Source of the DNA: an uncultured Gemmatimonadales bacterium
Lineage (GTDB): Bacteria; Gemmatimonadota; Gemmatimonadetes; Gemmatimonadales; GWC2-71-9
Direction: 5' to 3'
NCBI GenBank assembly: GCA_963728915.1
Contig: CAVSLV010000001.1
Span: 1,056,001 to 1,120,000, forward strand
Length of the DNA: 64,000 nucleotides
How positions within the stretch are numbered: position 1 is the stretch's first letter; each line of letters opens with the position of its first letter. Below the pieces are notes generated by a model, which worked only from the letters and a program-made list of their open reading frames with translations, made no database searches and was not told the origin of the DNA. The translations under genes and the position numbers were made by a program. Of the stretch, positions 20,011-28,812 are shown piece after piece.

Positions 20011-20819
20011 GGACCGCGATCTCGGGATTGAGCTATCGCCAGGCGGATACCCTGGAGGAGGCGCTGGACCTGGTACAGCGCGAATCGCTGACCCCGCTCG
20101 CGGGGGCGACCGACCTGTATGTCGCTCTCAACTTCGGTACCCTGGCCTCGCGCCGATTCCTTGACCTGGGCAGGATCGCTTCCCTTCGGACCATCACGAT
20201 GCGCGGTGAAGTGCTGGTGATCGGCGCGATGGCCTCGTACACCCAGCTGATCCGCTCGCCCGAGGTGAACCAGCGGCTCCCGATGCTGGTCGCGGCTGCG
20301 CGCCAGATCGGCGGAATCCAGATCCAGAACCGGGGAACCCTGGGCGGCAACATCGCGAACGCGTCGCCGGCCGGCGATTCCCTGCCCGTGCTGCTTGCCG
20401 CGGACGCCCGGGTGGTGCTTCGCAGCCGGAGCCTGACGCGAACGGTGCCGCTCGGCGAGTTCTACACCGGCTACCGTGCCTCGGTGCTCCGTCCCGACGA
20501 ATTGATCGTCGCGATCGAGATCCCGCCGGTCGAGGGGCGGCAGTACTTCCGAAAGGTCGGAACCCGGGCGGCTCAGGCGATCTCGAAAGTGGTGCTGGCG
20601 GGGGTCCACGACGGTCCGGCGCCGCGAGTGGCGCTCGGCAGCGTCGGCCCAACCGTCTTCCGGGTGACGCGCACCGAGCAGGCTCTCGCGAGCGGCGATA
20701 TCGAGCGCGCCGTGGCGATTCTGCAGGAAGAGATCGCGCCGATCGACGACCTCCGCTCCACCGCCGACTATCGTCGGATGGTGGCGGGCAACCTGCTTCG
20801 CCAGTTCTGGACCGGGTGA
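20007..20819 (+). CDS. Xanthine dehydrogenase family FAD-binding subunit
   Basis: LAGATDL, QIQNRGTLGGNIANASPAGD, PIDDLRSTADYR. ATGA overlap. Confidence 0.92.
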   Translation: MRTAISGLSYRQADTLEEALDLVQRESLTPLAGATDLYVALNFGTLASRRFLDLGRIASLRTITMRGEVLVIGAMASYTQLIRSPEVNQRLPMLVAAARQIGGIQIQNRGTLGGNIANASPAGDSLPVLLAADARVVLRSRSLTRTVPLGEFYTGYRASVLRPDELIVAIEIPPVEGRQYFRKVGTRAAQAISKVVLAGVHDGPAPRVALGSVGPTVFRVTRTEQALASGDIERAVAILQEEIAPIDDLRSTADYRRMVAGNLLRQFWTG

Positions 20820-22090
20820 CCACAACCCGGCTCCGCAGCCGCCGGGTCCTGACCCACGACGGCATCCGGCCCGCCTCGCTGCGGATTACTGATGGGCGTA
20901 TCGCGGAAATCGCGGTGTGGGAGGGCGGTTCGTCGGGCTTCGATCTGGGCGAGACGCTGGTGATGCCGGGCGTGGTGGACGTTCACGTGCATGTGAACGA
21001 ACCAGGCCGCACCGAGTGGGAGGGCTTCGCCACGGCGACCAGAGCGGCGGCGGCGGGCGGAATTACCACCATCCTCGACATGCCGCTCAATGCCATTCCG
21101 CCCACGACGACGGTGGCAGCGCTGGCGGCCAAACGCCGGGCGGCCGAGGCTCAGGCCCAGGTCGGAATCGAGTACATCGGCGGTCTCATCCCGGGGAACC
21201 AAGGCCAGCTCGAACCCCTGGCGGAGTCCGGGGTGAGAGCATTCAAGTGCTTTCTGTGTCCGTCAGGCGTGCCGGAGTTTCCCGCGGTCCAGGAAGCCGA
21301 TCTACTCGAAGCCTGGCCGGTCCTGACCCGGTCAGGGCTCCCGCTGATGGTCCACTCCGAGCTTCCTGATCGCCTCTCTCCCGGCAGCAGGAGTGCCCGC
21401 TACGCGGACTATCTCGCCTCGCGACCGATCGGGGCGGAGCGCGAAGCGGTCGAGCTCCTGATCCGTCTGGTCGAGCGACAACCAACCCCGCTGCACATCG
21501 TCCACCTGTCGTCCTCGTCCTCCCTGGAGCCGCTTCGAGCGGCCAGACGGAAGGGTCTCCCGATCACCGTGGAGACCTGCCCGCACTATCTGACCTTCGC
21601 GGCGGAGGAAATTCCGGACGGCGCCACGGAATTCAAGTGCGCGCCCCCGATCCGGAGCGCGGAGGAGCGGGAGGCGTTGTGGCACGCCCTGATCAGCGGA
21701 GAAATCGACCTGATCGCCTCCGACCACTCCCCCTGCCCACCCGAGCTCAAGGAGACCGGCGGTGACTTCCGCGCTGCCTGGGGAGGAATCGCGTCGTTGG
21801 AGCTGTCGCTCGCGGCGATCTGGACCGGGGCGAGGAGTCGCGGCATCCAGGTGGAACGGCTCGCCGAATGGATGAGCGCGGCGCCGGCCCGGTTCGCCGG
21901 GTTGGGAGATCGCAAGGGTGCGATCCGTGAAGGCTTCGATGCCGACCTGGTGTTTTTCGATTCCGAATCGCAGTTCGTGGTCAACCCGGCTCACCTGTAC
22001 CAACGGCACCCCGTCACGCCGTACGCGGGTCGCTCGCTCAACGGCGTGGTCCGGGGAACCATGGTCGCGGGCCGTATTATTCCCGCATGA
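20816..22090 (+). CDS. allB: Allantoinase
   Basis: DVHVHVNEPGRTEWEGF, DMPLN, FKCFL, ETCPHYL, FKCAPPIR, SDHSPCP, AWGGI. Confidence 0.93.
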   Translation: MTTTRLRSRRVLTHDGIRPASLRITDGRIAEIAVWEGGSSGFDLGETLVMPGVVDVHVHVNEPGRTEWEGFATATRAAAAGGITTILDMPLNAIPPTTTVAALAAKRRAAEAQAQVGIEYIGGLIPGNQGQLEPLAESGVRAFKCFLCPSGVPEFPAVQEADLLEAWPVLTRSGLPLMVHSELPDRLSPGSRSARYADYLASRPIGAEREAVELLIRLVERQPTPLHIVHLSSSSSLEPLRAARRKGLPITVETCPHYLTFAAEEIPDGATEFKCAPPIRSAEEREALWHALISGEIDLIASDHSPCPPELKETGGDFRAAWGGIASLELSLAAIWTGARSRGIQVERLAEWMSAAPARFAGLGDRKGAIREGFDADLVFFDSESQFVVNPAHLYQRHPVTPYAGRSLNGVVRGTMVAGRIIPA

Positions 22091-23073
22091 GCGAAACGAT
22101 GCCGTTCACCGAGCTCCCGGATCTCGCGGCGCAGCGTCTGGGAGGGGGGGTCGTCGCGGCAAACGACGAGTTCTTCGCCCCCAAGGAGAATCTCATCAAG
22201 CTGGAGCGACCGGTCTGGCGGGAAGGCGAATACACCGACCGCGGCAAATGGATGGACGGGTGGGAGACCCGGCGGCGCCGCACGCCAGGCCACGACTGGG
22301 CCATCCTCCGACTGGGATTTCCGGGCCTGGTGCGCGGAATCGTCGTGGATACCAGTTTCTTCACCGGGAACTACCCTGAACGGGCGAGCCTGGAAGGAGC
22401 GTTTCTCGCCGAAGACCCCAGAAATCCGGAGGACGCGGCGTGGCGATCTCTGCTGGCCCCGGCGCCTCTCACGGGGGATACCAGCAACCTGCTGTCGATC
22501 GAATCCCCGGGGAGCCCGGTGACTCATCTGTTGTTCAACATCTTTCCCGATGGCGGGGTCGCCCGGCTCCGGGTGCACGGCGAGGTCGTTCCCCGGGGCG
22601 ACGTCTTCGAAGGCAAGGAGGCGGTGGACCTGGCCGCCCTGGCTCATGGCGGGGTGGCCGTCGGGTGCAGCGACCGCCACTACGGCAATCCCCAGAACAT
22701 GCTGCAGCCGGGACGATCCACCCATATGGGTGATGGGTGGGAAACCCGGAGGCGCCGGGGCCCCGGTCACGACTGGGCCATCATTCGATTGGGCCGCCGT
22801 GGCGTGATCGAGCGCATCGAGCTGGACACGGATCATTTCAAAGGCAACGCTCCGGGGAGCTGTACGCTGGATGGGTGTGACGTCGGAGGCGGCTTCGATC
22901 CGGAATCCGCCCGGTGGGACGCTCTCCTGGGCCCATCCGAGCTCCAACCCGATCACCACCACACCTGGGAGGGCATCCCGGGGCGCCCGGTCACGCACGT
23001 TCGTCTCAATATCTATCCCGATGGTGGCGTGGCCCGGCTCCGCCTCCTCGGCCGGGCAATCCCGGTCCCGTGA
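22087..23073 (+). CDS. alc: Allantoicase
   Basis: Duplicated domain with DGWETRRRR..GHDW and PDGGVARLR each present twice. Confidence 0.95.
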   Translation: MSETMPFTELPDLAAQRLGGGVVAANDEFFAPKENLIKLERPVWREGEYTDRGKWMDGWETRRRRTPGHDWAILRLGFPGLVRGIVVDTSFFTGNYPERASLEGAFLAEDPRNPEDAAWRSLLAPAPLTGDTSNLLSIESPGSPVTHLLFNIFPDGGVARLRVHGEVVPRGDVFEGKEAVDLAALAHGGVAVGCSDRHYGNPQNMLQPGRSTHMGDGWETRRRRGPGHDWAIIRLGRRGVIERIELDTDHFKGNAPGSCTLDGCDVGGGFDPESARWDALLGPSELQPDHHHTWEGIPGRPVTHVRLNIYPDGGVARLRLLGRAIPVP

Positions 23074-23561
23074 CCGTCGCCGAGCTGGACCGGCTGCCGC
23101 CCACGGAGGCCGCCCTGACCCTGCAATCCTGTTGCGGTGCGACCCGGTGGATCGAAGGCATGCTCGCCCGTCGCCCATTCGGCTCGCTTGACCGGGTTAG
23201 GACATCGGCGCGCTCGGCCTGGGAAGCCCTGGGCGAGGCGGATTGGCGGGAGGCCTTTGCTCACCATCCCAGAATCGGCGAAGTTCCTGCAGACCAACCC
23301 TGGCCGGCACAGGAGCAGAGCGGGGTCTCGACCGCCACGCGGGCCATCCAGGATGAGCTGGCCCGGATGAACCGGGCGTACGAGCAGCGCTTCGGATTCA
23401 TCTACCTGGTGTGCGCCTCCGGCCGGAGCGCCGAGGAACTGCTCGCGATCGTTCGTGACCGGATCGACAATGATGCCGACAGCGAGCTTCGGAATGCGGC
23501 GGCGGAACAGCTCAAGATCACGCTGCTCCGGGTGGACCGGCTACTGTCGGAGGGAGCCTGA
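23070..23561 (+). CDS. uraD: OHCU decarboxylase
   Basis: EAFAHHPRIG, EQSGV, N..YE.RFGFIYLVCASG, EQLKIT.LR. Confidence 0.92.
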   Translation: MTVAELDRLPPTEAALTLQSCCGATRWIEGMLARRPFGSLDRVRTSARSAWEALGEADWREAFAHHPRIGEVPADQPWPAQEQSGVSTATRAIQDELARMNRAYEQRFGFIYLVCASGRSAEELLAIVRDRIDNDADSELRNAAAEQLKITLLRVDRLLSEGA

Positions 23562-23563
23562 CC

Positions 23564-23890
23564 ATGGCGACACTCAGCACCCATGTTCTCGATACCAGCC
23601 TCGGTCAGCCAGCCGGAGGAATCCGGGTGATGCTGGGGCGGGATGGCACAGCGTTGGGCCACGGAGTCACCGACAAGGATGGCCGGGTCCGTGATTTCGG
23701 CAGCGGGGGCAACTCACTCTCCCCCGGGTCCTATCGTCTGCTGTTTTCAGTGGAGGAGTACTTCAGTCGCCGGGGAATCGAGGCATTCTACTCCAGCATT
23801 GCGGTGCAGTTCAACCTGCGGTCCGACGGCCACTACCACGTTCCCCTCCTGCTCAGTCCGTTCGGCTACAGCACCTATCGAGGAAGCTGA
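23564..23890 (+). CDS. uraH: 5-hydroxyisourate hydrolase
   Basis: LSTHVLDT..G.PA, HYHVPLLLSPFGYSTYRGS C-terminal signature. Confidence 0.96.
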   Translation: MATLSTHVLDTSLGQPAGGIRVMLGRDGTALGHGVTDKDGRVRDFGSGGNSLSPGSYRLLFSVEEYFSRRGIEAFYSSIAVQFNLRSDGHYHVPLLLSPFGYSTYRGS

Positions 23891-25080
23891 GCCCCGGCCG
23901 CCACCCATCGCCCCAAAAGCCCGCGCTCGGGATCGGTGATGCCGGTCTTGTTGCCAGGCGGCATGGTCCGGGTAATCACGGCCCGCTCGCGGATCCGGGC
24001 CGCGTAGGCCACGATCTGCGCCGGAGTGTCGTACTGCACCCCGCCGGGAGCCGGTCCGAACGTGAGATCGGTGGGCCGGGCGGAGTGGCAGGGAGCGCAG
24101 CGGCGGTCGATGACGTGGCGAACCTCGGCAAAGTCCACCGGACCAGCGGGGACGACGCCAGGCAATGCCGGGCCCGCGTCGGAGGCGCCGGTCCAGCGGG
24201 TGAGGATGAAGAGCAGGAGTCCCATCGCGGCAAGGTCGCCCGCGAGCGCAAGCTTCCAACCGGCGAACCGGAACCGGATGTTGAGCAGGTGGCGCGCGGT
24301 CACACCCCCGAGGAGAAGCGCAGCCAGCAGAGGTCCCTTGAAGGGGCTGCCGTAGACCGACGGGAAATGCCCGCTCACCATCAGCACCAGCACCGGGAAC
24401 GTCAGGTAGTTGTTGTGGGTGGAGACTCGCTTGGCGCGCTGCGACACCGCCGGGTCTCCGCCCCTCCCTTCCGCCACCGAGGCGACCAGTTGCCGTTGTG
24501 AGGGGACGATGGTGAAGAACACATTCCCGGCCATGATGGTGCCGAGCATGGCCCCGACGTGGAGGAAGGCGGCGCGACCACTCAGGTACTGGAGCCAGAT
24601 CACGGCAATGGCGGAGAGTCCAGCTATCCAGCCAACCGCGGCCACGGCCGGCATCCGGAGCGCGAGCCGCTGCATGGCTTCGTAGATCAGCCAGCCAGTC
24701 ACGATGCCTCCAGCCGCAATCCCGACTGCCATCGGCGGGTTCCCGGTATCGGTCAGCAGGGCCCGCCCGCCCCAGTAGTACACCACCACGAGCAGGGCCG
24801 CTCCGGTCCACCAGGTCGTGTAGGCCTGCCATTTGAACCAATGGAGCAACCGGGGGAGGGGCGCCCCCCGCAGCAGGGTCTTCTCGACGTAGTAGAACCC
24901 GCCGCTATGGAGCAACCAGATGGTCCCGGCCGGATCCGGGGTGCGGCTTGCACCCTCCGGAGTCTCGAGGCGGCGATCGAGCCAGTTGAACAGCAGCGAA
25001 TTGCCGATCCACATGATCCCGGCGATCAGGTGAATCCACCGGACCAGCAGATCCAGGAGCTCGAACGGCACCCCGTTCAC
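23875..25080 (-). CDS. puuD: Membrane urate oxidase/hydroxylase with C-terminal cytochrome c (PuuD-like)
   Basis: RWIHLIAGIMWIG, LHSGGFY, LHWFKWQAYTTW, HNNYLT.PV..LMVSGHFP, CAPCH heme motif, MPPGNKT. Multi-TM protein. Confidence 0.85.
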   Translation of the reverse strand: MNGVPFELLDLLVRWIHLIAGIMWIGNSLLFNWLDRRLETPEGASRTPDPAGTIWLLHSGGFYYVEKTLLRGAPLPRLLHWFKWQAYTTWWTGAALLVVVYYWGGRALLTDTGNPPMAVGIAAGGIVTGWLIYEAMQRLALRMPAVAAVGWIAGLSAIAVIWLQYLSGRAAFLHVGAMLGTIMAGNVFFTIVPSQRQLVASVAEGRGGDPAVSQRAKRVSTHNNYLTFPVLVLMVSGHFPSVYGSPFKGPLLAALLLGGVTARHLLNIRFRFAGWKLALAGDLAAMGLLLFILTRWTGASDAGPALPGVVPAGPVDFAEVRHVIDRRCAPCHSARPTDLTFGPAPGGVQYDTPAQIVAYAARIRERAVITRTMPPGNKTGITDPERGLLGRWVAAGAQLPR

Positions 25081-26417
25081 GCCCGGGCCCGCATGATTTT
25101 CACGAAGGAGCGACCCCGAAGCTCTTCGGTGGTCAGGCCGGTCATTTCCAGGGCCTCGGCTTCGGTGATGGCCCCGGAATTGAGTCCACGCAGGAAAAAA
25201 TTCAGCAGGCCCTGCCCGGTGGCCGCGTCGTCGAACACCTCCCCCACCAGGGTCGCCTGGGCCGCCTTGCCCACGAAATTGCGAAGTCGCGTGCCGGCGG
25301 CGTCGATGCCGTCGAGGAAGAAGCCGAACAGGGCTGCATAGCGCGAGACCAGTTGAGCGGGGTGAAGGTCCCACCCCTGATAGAATCCTCCGGCGAGGGA
25401 GTGACGAACGTCGTCGTAATGGAGGCGCCACGCGGCGTGTACCACTCCGGTGTTGGCCGCCCGCGCTTCGTCGGCCAGGCTGGTGCCGCCCTCTTCCCCC
25501 TGGATCGGCACCGGCAGCGTATTGGTCGAACCGTCGGACAGCCACACCGGGGTCCCCGCGAACGCCACCTGCATCATCCGTTTGGCAAATTCGCAGGCCG
25601 GGTGCCGCATCCGCTGATGCGCGGCGGTGATGTTGAGCCCCGCGGTCAAATCGTAGGTGCCGAAGTGGGCGCCGCGCAGGCGGCCTTCGGAGGCTTCGAG
25701 CAGCAGGGGCAGGAGCGACCGCCCCGCCCCGTCGAGGATGATCTGGGGCGTCTCGACCATCGCTTCGAACCGGAGCGCCCCAGCCGCGAGACCCAGCGTT
25801 CGCTCCAGCCGGCCCAGGACCCGTACTGCGAAGGTGACCTGCTCGAGGATGGTGATCTTGGGGATGGTGATGATCCAGTTCTCGGGCAGTGATCCGTTCT
25901 GGACGAGCCTCGTGTGCAACAGGTCGAGGGTTCGGAGACTGCGCGCCCGCATCTCCTCGTTCAGCGGCTTGATGCGGATCCCGATGAAGGGCGGGAGATG
26001 GTTCGCTTTCCCGGCGGCGATCAGGGCCTCCGCCGCGGCGATCGCGTGGCCATCCTCCTCGGCCCCGGGCCGATTGCCATAGCCGTCCTCGAAGTCGATC
26101 CGGAAATCCTCGACCGGCTCCCTTTCGAGCTTGTCGCGAACCCGCTGGTAGATCCGGTCCAGGGCGGGGTGCTCCTGCAATCCTAACGCGCGCCCCAGCG
26201 CGGGGGGATCCGGGGCATATCGCTCCAGCGAAGCGCGGGCCACCCGGCCGAGCTTCGGGATCGCATCAGGGGAAAAGAGCTGGGCTCCGCCGTACACCGT
26301 GTGGACCGGCTGCCGTCCGGAGGTTTCTCCCGCGTGGGCACGGGCAAATGCCCGGTTGGCCTCGAGCAGCGCTGCGCTGGCGTCCTTCAGGAAGCTCTGG
26401 TCCAGGCTGGTCTTCAT
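25077..26417 (-). CDS. HpcH/HpaI-CitE/malate-synthase superfamily TIM-barrel protein of unknown function (DUF6986-like)
   Basis: RQPVHTVYGGA, DFRIDFEDGYG, IPK, MVETPQ, HFGTYD, LSDGSTN, QGWDLHPAQL. Family name recalled, not searched. Confidence 0.7.
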   Translation of the reverse strand: MKTSLDQSFLKDASAALLEANRAFARAHAGETSGRQPVHTVYGGAQLFSPDAIPKLGRVARASLERYAPDPPALGRALGLQEHPALDRIYQRVRDKLEREPVEDFRIDFEDGYGNRPGAEEDGHAIAAAEALIAAGKANHLPPFIGIRIKPLNEEMRARSLRTLDLLHTRLVQNGSLPENWIITIPKITILEQVTFAVRVLGRLERTLGLAAGALRFEAMVETPQIILDGAGRSLLPLLLEASEGRLRGAHFGTYDLTAGLNITAAHQRMRHPACEFAKRMMQVAFAGTPVWLSDGSTNTLPVPIQGEEGGTSLADEARAANTGVVHAAWRLHYDDVRHSLAGGFYQGWDLHPAQLVSRYAALFGFFLDGIDAAGTRLRNFVGKAAQATLVGEVFDDAATGQGLLNFFLRGLNSGAITEAEALEMTGLTTEELRGRSFVKIMRARA

Positions 26418-26992
26418 CCGTTGTAGATGGGCCCGCCCTGGGCCCGGTAGGCTTCCAGGACTTCGCGGGCCTCGGCTCGGAGGACGTTCCGCACGATGGT
26501 CACCCCGCGGTCTTCGAGGTAGCGATAGGACTCCGGGAACACCGGCCCCTCCTCGAAGCGGAGACGGCTGGCATCCTCGCGGGCCGCGCCATAGACCACC
26601 CGGCGCACCCCGCTCCACAGGGTTGCGCCCAGGCACATGGCGCAGGGCTCGCAGGAGGTCACCAGCTCGTGAACCGGGAGATCCGGGGCGTGGAGCGTGA
26701 ATGATCCCAGTCGCTGCTGGGCCATCATGAACGCGACCATTTCGGCGTGCAGGGTGCAATTGGTCAATCGCACGACGCTGTTGACGCCGACCGAGACCAG
26801 CCGGCCGGTGCCGGCCTGGAAGATCGCCGCTCCAAATGGGCCCCCGGTTCCCCGCTCCACGTTGCGGCGCGACAGGGCAATGGCAAGCTGCATCCGCCCG
26901 GTGTCATCCGGATACACCCGGTCCCAATCCACTACCTCCGGAAGCCATTCCGGGTAGCCCACGCTTACCCGCACCTCACTTGGACCCGCCAC
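26414..26992 (-). CDS. CDA-fold nucleobase deaminase, probable guanine deaminase
   Basis: GGPFGAAIF, HAE, SCEPCAMC zinc motif, FEEGP, C-terminal IYN. Purine cluster context. Confidence 0.8.
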   Translation of the reverse strand: MAGPSEVRVSVGYPEWLPEVVDWDRVYPDDTGRMQLAIALSRRNVERGTGGPFGAAIFQAGTGRLVSVGVNSVVRLTNCTLHAEMVAFMMAQQRLGSFTLHAPDLPVHELVTSCEPCAMCLGATLWSGVRRVVYGAAREDASRLRFEEGPVFPESYRYLEDRGVTIVRNVLRAEAREVLEAYRAQGGPIYNG

Positions 26993-27007
26993 GGGATCGC
27001 TCGTTGT

Positions 27008-28561
27008 TCAGAGTGGAATGTTGCCGTGCTTCTTCTTGGGATTCGCGTCCCGCTTGGTTCGGAGCATGCCCAGGGCCTGGATCAGCCGCGGCCGGGTGTC
27101 CCGCGGGTCGATCACATCATCGAGGAAGCCTCGCGCCGCGGCCCGATAGGGATTGGCGAACGTGCCGGTATACTCGTCGGCCCGGCGCTTCGCCTCGGCC
27201 TCCGGATCCGGCGCCGCGGCGATTTCCTCCTTGAAGAGGATCTCCACGGCGCCCTTGGGCCCCATGACCGCGATTTCGGCGGTGGGCCAGGCGAGATTGA
27301 CGTCGCCCCGGATGTGCTTGGAGCTCATCACGTCGTACGCCCCGCCATAGGCCTTCCTGGTGATCACGGTCAGCTTGGGCACGGTCGCCTCGCAGTAGGC
27401 GAACAACAGCTTGGCGCCCTGCCGGATGATCCCGCCGTGCTCCTGGCCAACTCCGGGAAGGAATCCGGGCACGTCAACGAAGGTCACGATTGGAATATTG
27501 AAGGCATCGCAGAACCGGATGAACCGGGCCGCCTTGACCGAGGCGTTGATGTCGAGCACCCCGGCCAGGACCGCGGGCTGGTTGGCGACGACGCCGACGC
27601 TCCGGCCCCCGAGACGGGCGAACCCGGTGAGCATGTTCCTGGCATAACCCGCGTGGATTTCGAAGAACCGGCCCTGGTCCATGACCCCGCGGATCACGCC
27701 GTGCATGTCGTAGGGCGAGGCGGGAGCGTCGGGGACCACCCCCAGCAGCGCCTCATCGCGACGGTCCTCGGGGTCGAGGCTGTCCTGCACCGGGGCGTCG
27801 TCGAGGTTGTTGGCGGGCAGATAGCCGATCAGCTCGCGAATGGCCTCGAGACAGTCCGCTTCGCTCGGAAACACGGCGTGGGCCACGCCCGACGTTTCGC
27901 CATGGACGTCGGCGCCCCCCAGGGTCTCGAACGAAACCTCCTCGTGGGTCACCGTCTTCACCACGTTGGGGCCGGTCACGAACATGTAGCTCACCCCCCG
28001 CACCATGAACACGAAATCGGTGATCGCGGGGCTGTATACCGCCCCGCCGGCACAGGGTCCCAGGATGGCGGAGATCTGGGGCACCACTCCGGAGGCCAGG
28101 GTATTGCGGAGGAAGATGTCGGCATATCCCCCCAGCGACGCCACGCCCTCCTGGATCCGGGCCCCCCCGGAGTCGTTGAGTCCGATGACCGGGGCGCCCT
28201 GACGGAGCGCCAGATCCATGATCTTGCAGATCTTCTGGGCGTGGGTTTCCGAGAGCGAGCCCCCGAAGACGGTGAAGTCCTGAGAGAACACGAAGACCAG
28301 GCGCCCGGTGATGGTGCCGTGGCCGGTGACCACGCCATCCCCGGGGTACTGCTGCTCGGCGAGCCCGAATTCGGTGGACCGGTGGATAACGAAGCGGTCC
28401 AGCTCGACGAAGCTGCCCGGATCGAGCAGAAGGTCGAGCCGTTCCCGCGCGGTGAGCTTGCCCTTGTCGTGCTGCTGGGCGATCCGCTTTTCCCCTCCGC
28501 CCTGGAGGGCTTCGGCCTGGCGTCGTTCCAGGTCGGCGAGGCGTTCTCGAGGATTCTGCAT
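27008..28561 (-). CDS. Acyl-CoA (propionyl/methylmalonyl-CoA type) carboxyltransferase beta subunit
   Basis: [51 protein letters not shown]. Confidence 0.93.
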   Translation of the reverse strand: MQNPRERLADLERRQAEALQGGGEKRIAQQHDKGKLTARERLDLLLDPGSFVELDRFVIHRSTEFGLAEQQYPGDGVVTGHGTITGRLVFVFSQDFTVFGGSLSETHAQKICKIMDLALRQGAPVIGLNDSGGARIQEGVASLGGYADIFLRNTLASGVVPQISAILGPCAGGAVYSPAITDFVFMVRGVSYMFVTGPNVVKTVTHEEVSFETLGGADVHGETSGVAHAVFPSEADCLEAIRELIGYLPANNLDDAPVQDSLDPEDRRDEALLGVVPDAPASPYDMHGVIRGVMDQGRFFEIHAGYARNMLTGFARLGGRSVGVVANQPAVLAGVLDINASVKAARFIRFCDAFNIPIVTFVDVPGFLPGVGQEHGGIIRQGAKLLFAYCEATVPKLTVITRKAYGGAYDVMSSKHIRGDVNLAWPTAEIAVMGPKGAVEILFKEEIAAAPDPEAEAKRRADEYTGTFANPYRAAARGFLDDVIDPRDTRPRLIQALGMLRTKRDANPKKKHGNIPL

Positions 28562-28612
28562 CGGACAAATATAGGCCGCGCGTCCGGAATCGAATTCGCG
28601 ATACATTTCCGC

Positions 28613-28766
28613 CTTCCCGTCCGCCGCGGTCAGTCCCGGGCGGCTGAGCCATTCATGGGGACCCCGGGGCGAGGACTCGATCACCATCTCGGAAGCGGTG
28701 ACGAATCGATGCCTGGGCGAGAATATGGGTGAGGCTGGTGAGGCATGACTCGATCAAGAAAACGGG
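28613..28766 (+). ncRNA. Candidate structured ncRNA (rod-like, 6S-like)
   Basis: Five nested helices with several G-U pairs on the + strand, TACATT upstream, hairpin downstream. Identity is inference. Confidence 0.4.
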
Positions 28767-28787
28767 GCCTGCGCCAGGCAGGCCCCG
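28756..28787 (-). terminator. Rho-independent terminator of rpsA
   Basis: CGGGGCCTGC-CTGGC-GCAGGCCCCG followed by TTTTCTT on the minus strand. Confidence 0.85.
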
Positions 28788-28812
28788 CTGACTTCACCGC
28801 CACCCGCGACCG

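Noticed and set aside
22250..23050. Direct repeats (TGGGA.ACCCGG..GCGCCG; CCCGATGG.GG.GT.GCCCGGCTCCG)
   Set aside because: They reflect the known internal domain duplication of allantoicase, not a DGR or mobile repeat.
28655..28746. Small ORFs MGTPGRG... (+) and MPHQPHP... (-) in the rpsA downstream gap
   Set aside because: No RBS or recognisable motif. A structured RNA explains the region better.
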